From assembly GCA_964016885.1 (NCBI GenBank), contig OZ024758.1, positions 5,580,001-5,644,000 on the forward strand: a stretch of 64,000 nt of DNA. Direction: 5' to 3'. Position numbers and translations under genes: made by a program. Shown one piece after another: positions 12,541 to 24,914 of the stretch (position 1 is the stretch's first letter; each line of letters opens with the position of its first letter). The stretch is from Eledone cirrhosa (lineage: Eukaryota). The notes under the pieces were generated by a model, which made no database searches, was not told the DNA's origin, and worked only from the letters and a program-made list of their open reading frames with translations.

Positions 12541-12727
12541 TAATTGTTTCTACTTTAGGCACAAGGCCAGCAATTACCCAGTGCATTACTGGTACTTTAT
12601 TTTATCGACCCCGTAAGGATGAAAGGCAAAGTCAACCTCGGCGGGATTTGAACTCAGATCGTAAAGGGACGTAACTATGCTGGAAAGCATGGCGTCCAAC
12701 CCTCTACCGATACTGCCAATCCACCGC
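12541..12727 (-). mobile_element. SINE family A copy
   Basis: Nearly identical to 9268-9447. Confidence 0.85.
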
Positions 12728-12920
12728 AGTATCGGTAGAGGGTTGGAACTTACTACTATCTAGATGTCTTTAGTGGAGTTCACCTTGTTTCAAGCATTTA
12801 GATCAGACTCTTGGTTACCACCTTGTGCATGTTTATTTCTGAATATATTGACCTACAGATATTCAGACTAGTATCAGCAACACCAATGACCTACAGATAT
12901 CCAGGTACCGGAAGTATCAA

Positions 12921-14399
12921 CGACCCACAGATATCCTAGGCCAGGTATCAGAAGGATCAACGACCCACAGATATTGTAGGCTAGGTATCAGAAGGATCAA
13001 CGACCCACAGATATCCTAGGCCAGGTATCAGAAGGATCAACGACCCACAGATATTGTAGGCTAGGTATCAGAAGGATCAACGACCCACAGATATTCTAGG
13101 CTAGATATCAGAAGGATCAACGACCCACAGATATTCTAGGCCAGGTATCAGAAGGATCAACGACCCACAGATATTCTAGGCTAGGTATCAGAAGGATCAA
13201 CGACCCACAGATATTCTAGGCTAGGTATCAGAAGGATCAACGACCCACAGATATTCTAGGCTAGGTATCAGAAGGATCAACGACCCACAGATATTCTAGG
13301 CCAGGTATCAGAAGGATCAACGACCCACAGATATTCTAGGCCAGGTATCAGAAGTATCAACGACCTACAGATATTCTAGGCTAGGTATCAGAAGGATCAA
13401 CGACCCACAGATATTCTAGGCTAGGTATCAGAAGGATCAACGACCTACAGATATTCTAGGCCAGGTATCAGAAGGATCAACGACCCACAGATATTCTAGG
13501 CCAGGTATCAGAAGTATCAACGACCTACAGATATTCTAGGCTAGGTATCAGAAGGATCAACGACCCACAGATATTCTAGGCTAGGTATCAGAAGGATCAA
13601 CGACCTACAGATATTCTAGGCCAGGTATCAGAAGGATCAACGACCCACAGATATTCTAGGCCAGGTATCAGAAGTATCAACGACCTACAGATATTCTAGG
13701 CTAGGTATCAGAAGGATCAACGACCCACAGATATTCTAGGCTAGGTATCAGAAGGATCAACGACCCACAGATATTCTAGGCTAGGTATCAGAAGGATCAA
13801 CGACCCACAGATATTCTAGGCCAGGTATCAGAAGGATCAACGACCCACAGATATTCTAGGCCAGGTATCAGAAGTATCAACGACCTACAGATATTCTAGG
13901 CTAGGTATCAGAAGGATCAACGACCCACAGATATTCTAGGCTAGGTATCAGAAGGATCAACGACCTACAGATATTCTAGACCAGGTATCAGAAGGATCAA
14001 CGACCCACAGATATTCTAGGCCAGGTATCAGAAGTATCAACGACCTACAGATATTCTAGGCTAGGTATCAGAAGGATCAACGACCCACAGATATTCTAGG
14101 CCAGGTATCAGAAGGATCAACGACCCACAGATATTCTAGGCTAGGTATCAGAAGTATCAACGACCTACAGATATTCTAGGCTAGGTATCAGAAGGATCAA
14201 CGACCTACAGATATTCTAGGCTAGGTATCAGAAGGATCAACGACCCACAGATATTCTAGGCTAGGTATCAGAAGGATCAACGACCCACAGATATTCTAGG
14301 CTAGGTATCAGAAGTATCAACGACCTACAGATATTCTAGGCTAGGTATCAGAAGGATCAACGACCCACAGATATTCTAGGCTAGGTATCAGAAGGATCA
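12921..14399. repeat. 40-bp minisatellite, 37 units
   Basis: Unit CGACCCACAGATATTCTAGGCTAGGTATCAGAAGGATCAA; no spacers. Confidence 0.97.
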
Positions 14400-14659
14400 G
14401 TGTCACCAGTCTGTCAAGGGCTACCAAAGTCATAAACAATGTCCCATACCTTGCCTTAACATATTTAAAAAAATTAAAAGGATACAAACCCGTAACCCCT
14501 CTGGTTGTCCAGTAAATTCCATCAGCTGTAATACATTTCCTACTAAATTTAGTTTTAAAGTAGCACAGCTGCAGTATGGCTACAATCTTCTGGTTGAAAC
14601 TAGTTAAAATATTAATCAAAAGAAATCTTCAATCTAATTGACTCATTTCTTTACCACAG

Positions 14660-14803
14660 CTAATGCAGCACGTTACCTCACCACCTGCTTTGACTTGTAA
14701 TCCTGTACGCCTTGAAGAGGAGTTTCCTCGATGGCTAGAGAAAGTTTCATCAAGGTTGCCAGGTGGCGTGGTTTTGGTCCTTGATTCCATCGACCTCTTT
14801 CAT
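14660..14803 (+). CDS. NPHP3: NPHP3 coding exon 12 (Walker B-like VVLVLDSID)
   Basis: LMQHVTSPPAL...EEFPRWLEKVSSRLPGGVVLVLDSIDLFH; donor CAT|GTAAGT. Confidence 0.94.
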
Positions 14804-14855
14804 GTAAGTAACAGAAATTTTGGTCACCTTTGAGTTATATTCATTTTAGTTTATA

Positions 14856-15055
14856 CAAGGTTCGGCTGAAAAATTCATAGGCTGACCAAGATACTCTCAT
14901 GGAATGACAAAATGACGTTTATTTTTCAACATAGTCCCTGGAACAAAACAATGCAGTTATTAATAATAAGAAGAGTTGAAATTAATGCATGCACAATTTC
15001 ACAGCTCTAGCATCACTCCTTCATAGTCAGTCTATGAACTTTTCAGCCAACCTCT
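14856..15055. mobile_element. Mariner-type MITE, about 200 bp
   Basis: TIR resembling GAGGGTTGGCTGAAAAGTTCATAGGCTGAC with TA flanks. Copies near 5512, 18079, 19416, 27170, 30806, 43640. Confidence 0.8.
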
Positions 15056-15824
15056 ATATCATAAGTGGTTGGCATTAGAAAGAGCAGCTACACAAAGAAA
15101 CCATGCCAGAAATGGGGGATTAAGAATATACCACTGCCGTTATCTTCCAGTGTATAAGACATTGTCTGATATTTTTTTTCCTAAAAGACTTTGTATTTGT
15201 TCACTCAAATTAAACAAACTGAAGAATACAGGGATTGAATTTCTCACCTGAAGATAAAGTAAAACAAAGTCAATTATGAACTCACGACTTGAGAATGTAT
15301 AGTTTAATACCTGATACCCTTCGTCATTTTATCTCTACAGGAAGGGTACCCTGCTGAAGAAACCATGCCTAAAAAGGTTGAGAGGATCCTTTAGTTATGT
15401 CATAGACATGGCAGCCTCCCTAGTGCTGGTGATCTACACAATAAAAGCACCCAGTGCATGCTATAAAGGGGTTGATGTTAGGAAGGACACCTGGCCGTAG
15501 AACGCTTGCCGAACAAGGGGTTAAGAGGACCCTTCAGTTTGTGTTAAGACACAAAAACCCCTTCTCTGCACTTGATATAACCATAGGTAGCGGGATACAG
15601 ACCTCTTGAGCCTGTCTGGGAGGTCAATGGCCCTGCTTCAGCACTGACTTGGTCTATGTAGGCCCGTCCATCCCTTGCTAGCAGGGAAAGCAGACATTAA
15701 ATAATGATGATGACGATGACGATGACGATGATGATGAAAAATTGAATTATCGAACCTTGGATTTCAGGATGTTTTTTTTTTTTTATTTCCTTATTTATTT
15801 CTTTTCTTATTTTAACTTTTTCAG

Positions 15825-15922
15825 GAAGCTGAAGAACATCTCAAATGGTTGTTGGATCCTCTGCCTGTTGGTGTTCATGTGATAGCAACTGTAAATGAAA
15901 AGACTTGCCCCCAGTCTTGGAG
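15825..15922 (+). CDS. NPHP3: NPHP3 coding exon 13
   Basis: [32 protein letters not shown]; donor AG|GTAAGA. Confidence 0.94.
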
Positions 15923-16152
15923 GTAAGAGATTAAAGATCACTCAGACTTTTCTTGGGACTCAAAGAGGGAGATTCCTTTAAGTTATTCAGGCAATTGTGT
16001 AGGTTTCCTTCGCAGATATTTATTACAATGTAAAAAGAAGTCATCTAAGCAGCTGCTGAAATACAATGTTTACAGTTTCTTTTAAGTAGAAATATCAAAA
16101 CATGTATATTAATATAGAAAAGTGTTTTTCTGAATTTATATTCTACTTTTAG

Positions 16153-16338
16153 ACAATGGGCAACACTTAATGTAGATCCATTAAGCAAAAAGAATGTCAA
16201 AGAACTTCTCAGAGCTGAGCTAGCTTTGTTTGATATTCGTTTGAGCCAAGAGGAAGAGACTTCCATCCTGGAACATTGTCAGACCGATGATACTTGTGCA
16301 CCATTATTTATTATGGTTTTAACTCGACATATTGTTTG
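16153..16338 (+). CDS. NPHP3: NPHP3 coding exon 14
   Basis: QWATLNVDPLSKKNVKELL...HCQTDDTCAPLFIMVL; donor TG|GTAAGT. Confidence 0.93.
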
Positions 16339-16711
16339 GTAAGTGAATTTTAATTCTGTAATATTCAGTGTCTTTTGTTAAAAATTTCATTTCCTTAGAA
16401 AAATATGTTATTACACAGTACAGACTCTTTGGTATTTGGTGTCAGTTAACTTGTCTGAGCTCCACTAATTCTATCCACACTACTCTTGGAAGCAAATATG
16501 CTCCACCGCTAAACTATTTCAGACAACTAATCAGGTGAATATGCCCTCCCCTGCAACTCACATCCTTCACATTACCAAAATCCCATAGTGGATCATTTGA
16601 AGTTATAATGCAAAAAGCAATATGGCGTACAATGATTGGAAACACTCTCCGATTGAAAAACAAAAGATGTTTTCATCTAGTTCTTTGTGCCTTGTTTTCA
16701 AATCTTACCAA

Positions 16712-16975
16712 GTGGTAAGGGTGTTGGACTTACAATCATAATGTGGTGGGTTTGATTCCTGGACTGGGTTGTTTGTTGTGTTCTTGAGAAAAACACTTCA
16801 TTTCATGTTGCTCTAATATACTCAGCCGAAAATGAGTACCAGCAATAGCTGGGGGTTTAATTCTGCGATGGACTGGTGTCCTGTGCAGAGGGGAGTGTTG
16901 TACTCTGTCATTCCACACCACCAAAACTGGGATAAGCACTGGACTGATGAGCCTCTGGACTTCATTGAGAGACTT
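16712..16975 (+). mobile_element. tRNA-derived SINE family B
   Basis: tRNA-like head GTGGTAAGGGTGTTGGACTT...GGTTTGATTCC; core CTCAGCCGAAAATGAGTACC...CTGCGATGGACTGG. Related copies near 6640(-), 7866(+), 20820(-), 23055(+), 43000(+), 62063(+). Confidence 0.75.
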
Positions 16976-17057
16976 TAGACTTTAGAAGTTCATGTGTGTT
17001 TACACTGTGTTTACACTCTTTACAAATTATCCCCTGTAATTGTTTGATGTGTTTATT

Positions 17058-17102
<45 letters not shown>

Positions 17103-17189
17103 AAGTTATATTTAAAATTGTTGGGTTACAATTAGTAAATATTTATAACTGATATAAAAGCACTCGACAAATATTTGGAGTATATTTAC

Positions 17190-17563
17190 AATATTAAATA
17201 AATGGAAAACTATATTTATAAAACCATATTTATTTCATTATATATATTTCGGGGATATCATATTAACAATATGTTATGCCTTCATCAGACAAAATACAAT
17301 ATAAACAGTTTTATAGATAAATATATTCGACATACCGTAATAAACATCAACTTCATTTGAAGAGGTTTACTCTAGCAGTTTACTGCTAGAGTAAACCTCT
17401 TCAAATGAAGTTGATGTTTATTACGGTATGTCGAATATATTTATCTATAAAACTGTTTATATTGTATTTTGTCTGATGAAGGCATAACATATTGTTAATA
17501 TGATATCCCCGAAATATATATAATGAAATAAATATGGTTTTATAAATATAGTTTTCCATTTAT

Positions 17564-17571
<8 letters not shown>
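17190..17571. repeat. Perfect palindrome, 190-bp arms, 2-nt spacer
   Basis: 17190-17379 is the reverse complement of 17382-17571; centre TCTAGCAGT-TT-ACTGCTAGA. Confidence 0.95.
17465..17530 (+). ncRNA. Minimal type I hammerhead ribozyme candidate (mirror copy on - strand at 17231-17296)
   Basis: Stem I TATTTTGT/ATGAAATA; CTGATGA 17473-17479; GAAA 17511-17514; palindromic stem III ATATATAT; site after 17522. Confidence 0.6.
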
Positions 17572-17605
<34 letters not shown>

Positions 17606-17832
17606 GTCATTCGACTTTTAATTTGATATAAATGCTCGGATTTACTACTTGGAATCTTTGAGCTTATTCCACATGTGGTATGGTGCATGCTTCTGATATT
17701 CTCAGACATGACATCTTTAATCTAACTTTGGTAGTATATATATATATATATATTAGAATTGGAGCTCTGGCTATATTATATATACATCCATATATATATA
17801 TATGTATTTATATATATATATTTTTTTTTTAG

Positions 17833-17974
17833 GACCGTGAAACGTACCGAGAAGTCCAAGGAATATCTGAAAGGTGTCTTGTCCTGCAATGACACCATAG
17901 ATCTATATGTTTGGGTTTTAGACACAGTTCAGACTATATGGGAGTCAGAAAGTACAAAGGAAATTATGATCAAG
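17833..17974 (+). CDS. NPHP3: NPHP3 coding exon 15
   Basis: TVKRTEK...SCNDTIDLYVWVLDTV...KEIMIK; donor AAG|GTAATT. Confidence 0.92.
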
Positions 17975-18892
17975 GTAATTTTCTTTGTTTTCTTCTCTTC
18001 TATACCTTTATTATCTCTCCTATGCCACTGGGTATCAGAAATTATCCTAGTCTTCAAAACATTAAATATTCAAGATATGAGGGTAGGCTGAAAAGTTCAG
18101 AGGCTGACCAAGATACTCTCATGGAATGACCAAATGATGTTTATTTTTCAACATATGACCGTACATAAATGGAATACAGACATCTGGGCCTGTCTGGAAG
18201 GTCAGTAGCCCTGCTTCACTTCTGATTTGGTCTATGTAGATCTGGCCAACCGTTGCTATCAGGGAAAGCAGACATTAAATGATGGTAATGGTAATATTTA
18301 ACATTTAACCTAGTAATCATTAATAGTCCCACTGTTGTACAAATTCTTACGTTGTATTACATTGTACGTTGTATTACATTTCTCTTTTTATTGTAACTAG
18401 ATGTTCCCGCCCTCTTCCCCCTCACCATCATCACACCCTCCTACACATCTCTACCGTATTACCTCTAACCCTTGCAAGAAAGTATTGCGACTTATAATCA
18501 GGGGCTGCCTCCCCTTTTCACTCCTACATATATATGTTGCAGACAGGCGAAGAAGCAGGTCCTTCTTTATTACATAGATTAATAGTTTAGCTACTGTGTA
18601 CATTATTACTATTTATGTGTAGTAATATTAAGTCGACCATCTGTAGTATTTGCTTGTATATTTAATAGACTGTTTTTTGCTCACATTTATGTTTTCTCCT
18701 CTATGTATCCATTGCATATGTATACAAGCATCATCATCATCATCATCGTTTAACGTCCATCTTCCATGCTAGCATGGGTTAGACGGGTTTGTCCCATTTA
18801 GAGGCAAGTTGGGTCGGGTGGCCGTGTCTCGCTCATATAGGAGTGTCTCTGGCTGGTTTTCTACGGCTGGATGTCTTTTACACATCCACTTT

Positions 18893-18950
<58 letters not shown>

Positions 18951-19019
18951 TACCTCTTGAGGAGAACATTGTATTTGTCTTCTTATCTAAGCCAATATGT
19001 TGTTGTTTTTCTACTTCAG

Positions 19020-19184
19020 ATTCTAAAAGTACTTTACGTAAGCCGTAATGGTCTTAACGAGAATGAACTTCTGGCATTGGTACCTGGTCTGACTTGGTCA
19101 ATATGGACACCAATCTTTAACGCTCTCTGTGATCAATTAGTCATCAAATACCAAACAGGTCTTGTGATGCCAGCCCATGAACAG
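19020..19184 (+). CDS. NPHP3: NPHP3 coding exon 16
   Basis: ILKVLYVSRNGLNENELLALVPGLTW...AHEQ; donor CAG|GTCAGT. Confidence 0.93.
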
Positions 19185-20112
19185 GTCAGTTTCTGTCTAA
19201 CTATTGCTATACAAGTGAAACGTCATCAGTTTAAACAAGGCAAATGTCTTAATACATTTCTAGGATGGTAAGAAATTGAAATGATAGAAGGTGTAAACCC
19301 TTCTCAAATATATCATTAGGGTGTGTGGAGTGTTAGAAATCTGGGATTGGTACTGTACCAGTCATAACTTTTATTTTTGTTCCAAAACCCTCAAGAAAAA
19401 TAATGGAAAAAATATGAGGGTTGGCTGAGAGATTCATAGGCTGACTGTGAAGGAGTGATGCTAGAGCTGAGAAATCTTGCTTGCATTAATTTCAGCTCTT
19501 ATTATTATTAACTACATTAGGGCGGTAGATTGGCAGTATTGGTAGAGAGTTGGACACCATGCTTTGCAGCATAGAGTTACGGTCCTTTATGGTCTGAGTT
19601 CAAATCCTGCCGAGGTTAACTTTGCCTCTCGTCCTTATGAAGTCGATAAAATAAAGTACCAGTAATGCACTGGTGTCGATTTAATCGACTTTCCCTTCCC
19701 CCCAAATTACTGGCCTTGTGCCTATACTAGAACTCATTATTAATAACTGCATTGTTTTTTTCCAGGGACTATGTTGAAAAATAAACCTCATTTGGTCATT
19801 CCATGAGAGTATCTTGGTCAGCCTATGAACTGTTCAACCAACCCTAGTAGTTATGTTGATATTGGTTGCTTTATGAATGTTAACACTTGAGCTATCCTCT
19901 TTATATTCTGGCATGAAAGACTGTCTTTTTAGTATTTGCTTTTGTTACTCTACAAGACTTCATTAAAAGAAAGTCTGGAGATGAATTTACAGACCTTTTT
20001 ATTAGAAATGTAAGCTATAACATATACTTTCTCTCTCCATAAAAACTTTCACTTTGTGCTGATTTGAAAGAAGTAATTATTGATATCTTTGTAATTGTAT
20101 TTCTCTTTAAAG

Positions 20113-20216
20113 TCAACAAAGGCATTGTACGAGTTCTGTTTTAAGCGAGGACAGGATGAAGAAGACTTACTGGAAACTCGTCAAAATTTGATTGACCATT
20201 TTAGTAGATTGCTCCG
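20113..20216 (+). CDS. NPHP3: NPHP3 coding exon 17
   Basis: STKALYEFCFK...TRQNLIDHFSRLL; AAG acceptor, donor CG|GTAAGA. Confidence 0.85.
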
Positions 20217-21439
20217 GTAAGAGACACTATTACATATTTTCTTGTTTGTTACTATTAATTTTTACTAAAGGGCGGTGGATTGGCAGTATCAGTAGAGGGT
20301 CTAACACCATTCTTTGCAGCATAGAGTTACGTCCATTTACGGTCTTTTCACTTTTTTCCTTGTTTGTTTTGAGGGTACACAACTTACACTTCTTCTCTTC
20401 TTGCTCTTGATCAATAAGGCCAGGGTCATCTTAGGCCAACAATCCCAAAGTCTTGTCATGCGTAGAGCCGACCAGTTCCACTAGTGCCCTCCATTGCTGG
20501 CGATCCTGTGCCAGCTCCTTTACATCCTCCAAGGGGATGTTGGGCCTCCAGAGATCTTTCCTGATCATATCCAGCCATCTGGTGCAGGGCTCTTCCATGT
20601 ATTGTGTGCATTCCTGTATAACATGCACCCCTTTTTGACCAGAGAAATGTTTGGAAAAGCCTTGTGTTGGTGTACAACATTTAGTTATGGTGTCATTAGA
20701 CATCATTACATGTCAATAACAGTGTAGTCATCTTTCTTACATACATTGGACAATACTTTGTTTCCTGGTCATTGTCTCTGACTTCTTTTATATGTTCTAA
20801 AGTCTGTCTCGAGCTCGGAGTCTCATCACACCAGTGCTTATCCTGGGTTTCATGGCATTAAGTGAATGAAATTACAAGACACCCATTGGACAGGATGCAA
20901 GTCCATCACAGGGTTAAATTCCCAGTTATTGCTGGTACTCATTTTCAACTGAGTATACTGGATCAATGTTAAATGAAGTGTTTTGCTCAATAATTCAACA
21001 CACAATCCAGCCCTGGTATTGAACCCACGACATTATGGTCGCAAATCCAACACCCTTACCACTAAGCCATATGCCTCCACACTTGTATACATTACCAGTG
21101 CACATTCAGTCCAACCCATGCTAGCGTGGAAGATGGATGTTAAACGATGAAGATGAGGATGATGATGATGATGATGATTCAGGAGTTCACACTCACTTCA
21201 TTCTACCCCAGTCATTATTGGTCCTCTGGTCCTTTGTACTCTCTTGTATGGGTCTCCCTGCAATACATCTATAATATCTGAGCAGTGAAAGTAAGGGATT
21301 ACATGTTTTGCACACACTGCAAGAAATTCTTGGTATTCTTTACATGATTTTTGAAGGAGTTTAGAAAGGTATGTATTCTATTGCTTTGTCAAAATCTTTT
21401 GTGTATAAATATTTTAAAGATATTGTTCTTATTCTTTAG

Positions 21440-21562
21440 ACCTGGTCATGTGACATGTCGTGTTGCTGATGAATTACCATGGTTACTTAAAGAAAGTGGA
21501 AATATTGATGGCTTGAAGAACTGTATTCTTAATCTCTGCATCTTCCAGCGTCTCTATGCTCG
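21440..21562 (+). CDS. NPHP3: NPHP3 coding exon 18
   Basis: PGHVTCRVADELPWLLK...CILNLCIFQRLYA; donor CG|GTGGGT. Confidence 0.92.
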
Positions 21563-22212
21563 GTGGGTTTTTCTCATGTTTCTTTAAAAATTGCTCTCTA
21601 TTCCATATTTCTGTGTTTTTAAATTTTGTAATACAATTTTGAACTTTAGAAAAATCTCCACTTTACATGTTAATACTGACCCCTTATGCACTCCACCGTT
21701 TATTTCAAACCCCTTACTGTTCCCCCCCTTTCTGCTTATGACTGTGTGTACTCTTATACTTTGTCATCACTTCTCTAACCACTCCTCTAATCCTATTTTA
21801 AGGCCTATGTCATTAATTCATCAGGAACCCTATCAAAAAATTTATCCAGATCAAGAAACCTTCTTCTTCATGGGACATTTCTATAGCCTTAGTGTATCTA
21901 GGACTACATTATTCAATGAACCCTTCCTTTTTTTTCTGAAATAAGATGTGGTTTGAAGAAGATTTGGCTGCTATTTCATGCAGGTCGTGTAGACACCTAC
22001 AAGAATCCTCAGTCCTAGTACATTAAAAGATGTTTATTAATGTGATTCAGCCAATCCCACCCCTTATAATAACTCTAAATACTTAGCATAGCAGTCTTTC
22101 TCAGAAATAACATCCTTCTGGCTATATTATTTGACTTTAAAATATAAATGAAATGATCACACACATATATGTAATTAATAAATGAATATTTCTTTCTATA
22201 TGTTTCCTCCAG

Positions 22213-22310
22213 AGGGCGCTGTGCAGAACTTATTAGCCATTGGCAGTTGATAGGAGCAGATAAAACTAGTATGGCTCAAGAATATCTCGCCCAAACAAAA
22301 TATATGGAAG
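22213..22310 (+). CDS. NPHP3: NPHP3 coding exon 19
   Basis: GRCAELISHWQLIGADKTSMAQEY; donor G|GTAAAT. Confidence 0.92.
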
Positions 22311-23631
22311 GTAAATATAAATGCAAACATAGATCTATATAGATATCCATATATATATATATATGCCCAGTCCAAACTGTAAAGTGACTGTGTAGGTGTC
22401 ATAACAAAAAGAGCCCAGCCCACACTGTAAAGTGATCATGTTGGTGACATGACAAAATGTACTCAGTCCACACTGTAAAATGTTTGTGTAGGTGTCACAA
22501 CAAAAAGAGCCCAGTCCACACTGTAAAGTGACTGTAGGTGTCACAACAAAAAGAGCCAAGCTCACACTGTAAAGTGATCATGTTGGTGACATGACAAAAC
22601 GTGCTCAGTCCACACCGTAAAGTGGTCACGGAGGTGTCATGGCCAAAAGCACCCAGTCCACACTGTAAAATGGTTATTTTGCCACGATAAAAAGCACCCA
22701 ATGCACACTGTAGATGTGGCTACCGTTAGAAAGAGGATCTAGCCATGATCTGGCTTGCTTCATGCCGTGACAACTCATCTAACCCATGCTAGCATGGACA
22801 AATGGACATTAAATGGTGATGATGATAAACTGTTCTGGTTCTCCCAGATTGGTGAGATTGATGTAGTTGATGTTAAAACATATAGTGATATCAGACTTGA
22901 AACCTCATCATTATGAATCCAAATGTTTAACCATGCACCTATACCTGCACTTACGTGCATGTGCATGTGTGCATCTGTTTGTGTAATAAATATAAGTCGA
23001 GAAAAGCACTGAGATGTGTACATTGAGAGGAAGAATGTAATGGGCAATTGGAAGGTTGGTAAGGGTGTAGCGGGTTCGATTCCTGGGCTGGGTTGTGTAT
23101 TGTGTTCTTGAGCAAAACACCTCATGCTACATTGCTCTTGTTAACTCAGCTGAAAATGAGTACCAACAATAGCTGAGGGTTTAATCCTGGAATGCACCCC
23201 CTAGGCCCCAGCGCCCCCTGGTCCTTCTCAACACCCCCTGGAGAGGGGGTGGGGTAGCACCCACTTTGAGAACATCTGGCTTAAGTAGAGGGCTATGCTC
23301 TATTGATTAACCATGACCAATGCTAACTTGACAGTTAAGGGAAGACTGGCTTTACCACCCACTGGTAAAGAGATTAAATAGATTAATCAACTGTTTTATA
23401 TCTCTTTTGGAACCATAGATTGAATAGCCAGACTTCTGTTAGTGCACTGACTTACTTACATCAACTACTGCTACCATCATTGTAACTCCCTCTCCCATGC
23501 CTACTGACATGCCACTACTAGAATCAGTAAGGCATATATATGGTTGCTGAACATTGAGATGTAAATACAACTTCAATGCAAGGCATATCAAAAACAAAAA
23601 CAAACTTTATTTTTATTTGCATTTAAACTTC

Positions 23632-23702
23632 CTGTCTGATGAAAACTTATTGAATAATTATAGAATAATGACCTTCTCATGCCTTTGAAATGTGCATAAT
23701 GG
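23632..23702 (+). ncRNA. Degenerate minimal hammerhead candidate
   Basis: CTGATGA 23636-23642; GAAA 23687-23690; quasi-palindromic ATGTGCAT then A; weak stem I CTGT/ATGG. Confidence 0.4.
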
Positions 23703-23758
23703 TATAATGTAACTGAATAAAATTATGTTGAATATGTGATACCATTTCTCATCCTTTT

Positions 23759-23803
<45 letters not shown>

Positions 23804-23809
23804 GATATG

Positions 23810-23893
23810 ATAACTATTTCATCTGATGAATGAGCTGGACATTTCTTTAAGGATCATCTAGTTTCCTGAAACCTTTGGTAATGGAATAATTAT
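23810..23893 (+). ncRNA. Type I hammerhead ribozyme candidate
   Basis: Stem I ATAACTATTTCAT/ATGGAATAATTAT (12 of 13 paired, including G-U); CTGATGA 23823-23829; stem II GAGCTGGA/TCTAGTTT; GAAA 23868-23871; stem III ACC-TTT-GGT; GUA site after 23880. Confidence 0.75.
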
Positions 23894-23915
23894 ATTGTCG
23901 TGTTTATTATGTAAT

Positions 23916-23960
<45 letters not shown>

Positions 23961-24036
23961 GATAGACGTTAAATGATGATGATGATATATATATATATCA
24001 TCATCATCGTTTAACGTCCATCTTCCACGCTTGCAT

Positions 24037-24096
<60 letters not shown>

Positions 24097-24372
24097 TTAC
24101 ATACACAGCTATATTGAATGTACAGTAATATATAATGAGGGCCCCTCCAAAAAAAGCCAAAAAACTGAAAGCATCATGGCTTGAAATTAATGTTTCTCTT
24201 TAATTAAACAGTTCCTGTGAAATTCCATGTAGAAACCCTTGCAACAAACTGTTGTAGTTTGTTCTTTATCAGTTATTTTTTTATTCAGTTCTTCATTCAT
24301 GCACAATAACAGACAAATTCACTCTGTAGGAAATATTAGTGCTGCATGTGTGCCATACATAAATAGTAAGGG

Positions 24373-24453
<81 letters not shown>

Positions 24454-24562
24454 CATCATCATCATCATTGTTTAACGTCTATTTTTCACGCTATATATAC
24501 ACATATGTACACATACATACATATATATACATGTATATATATATATGTATATACATATATGT

Positions 24563-24621
<59 letters not shown>

Positions 24622-24873
24622 TATATGTACACACACACACACACATATATATATACATATATATATATATATACACATACATATATATATATATACACAT
24701 GTATATACATATATACATATATATATATATATACACATGTATATACATACATATATATATATACACATGTATATACATTTATATATACATGTATATACAT
24801 ATATACATATATATATATACATTTATATATACATGTATATACATATATATATATATACATTTATATATACATG

Positions 24874-24914
<41 letters not shown>

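Noticed and set aside
12921-14399. CRISPR-like regular array
   Set aside because: Head-to-tail units with no unique spacers, no cas genes, eukaryotic intron.
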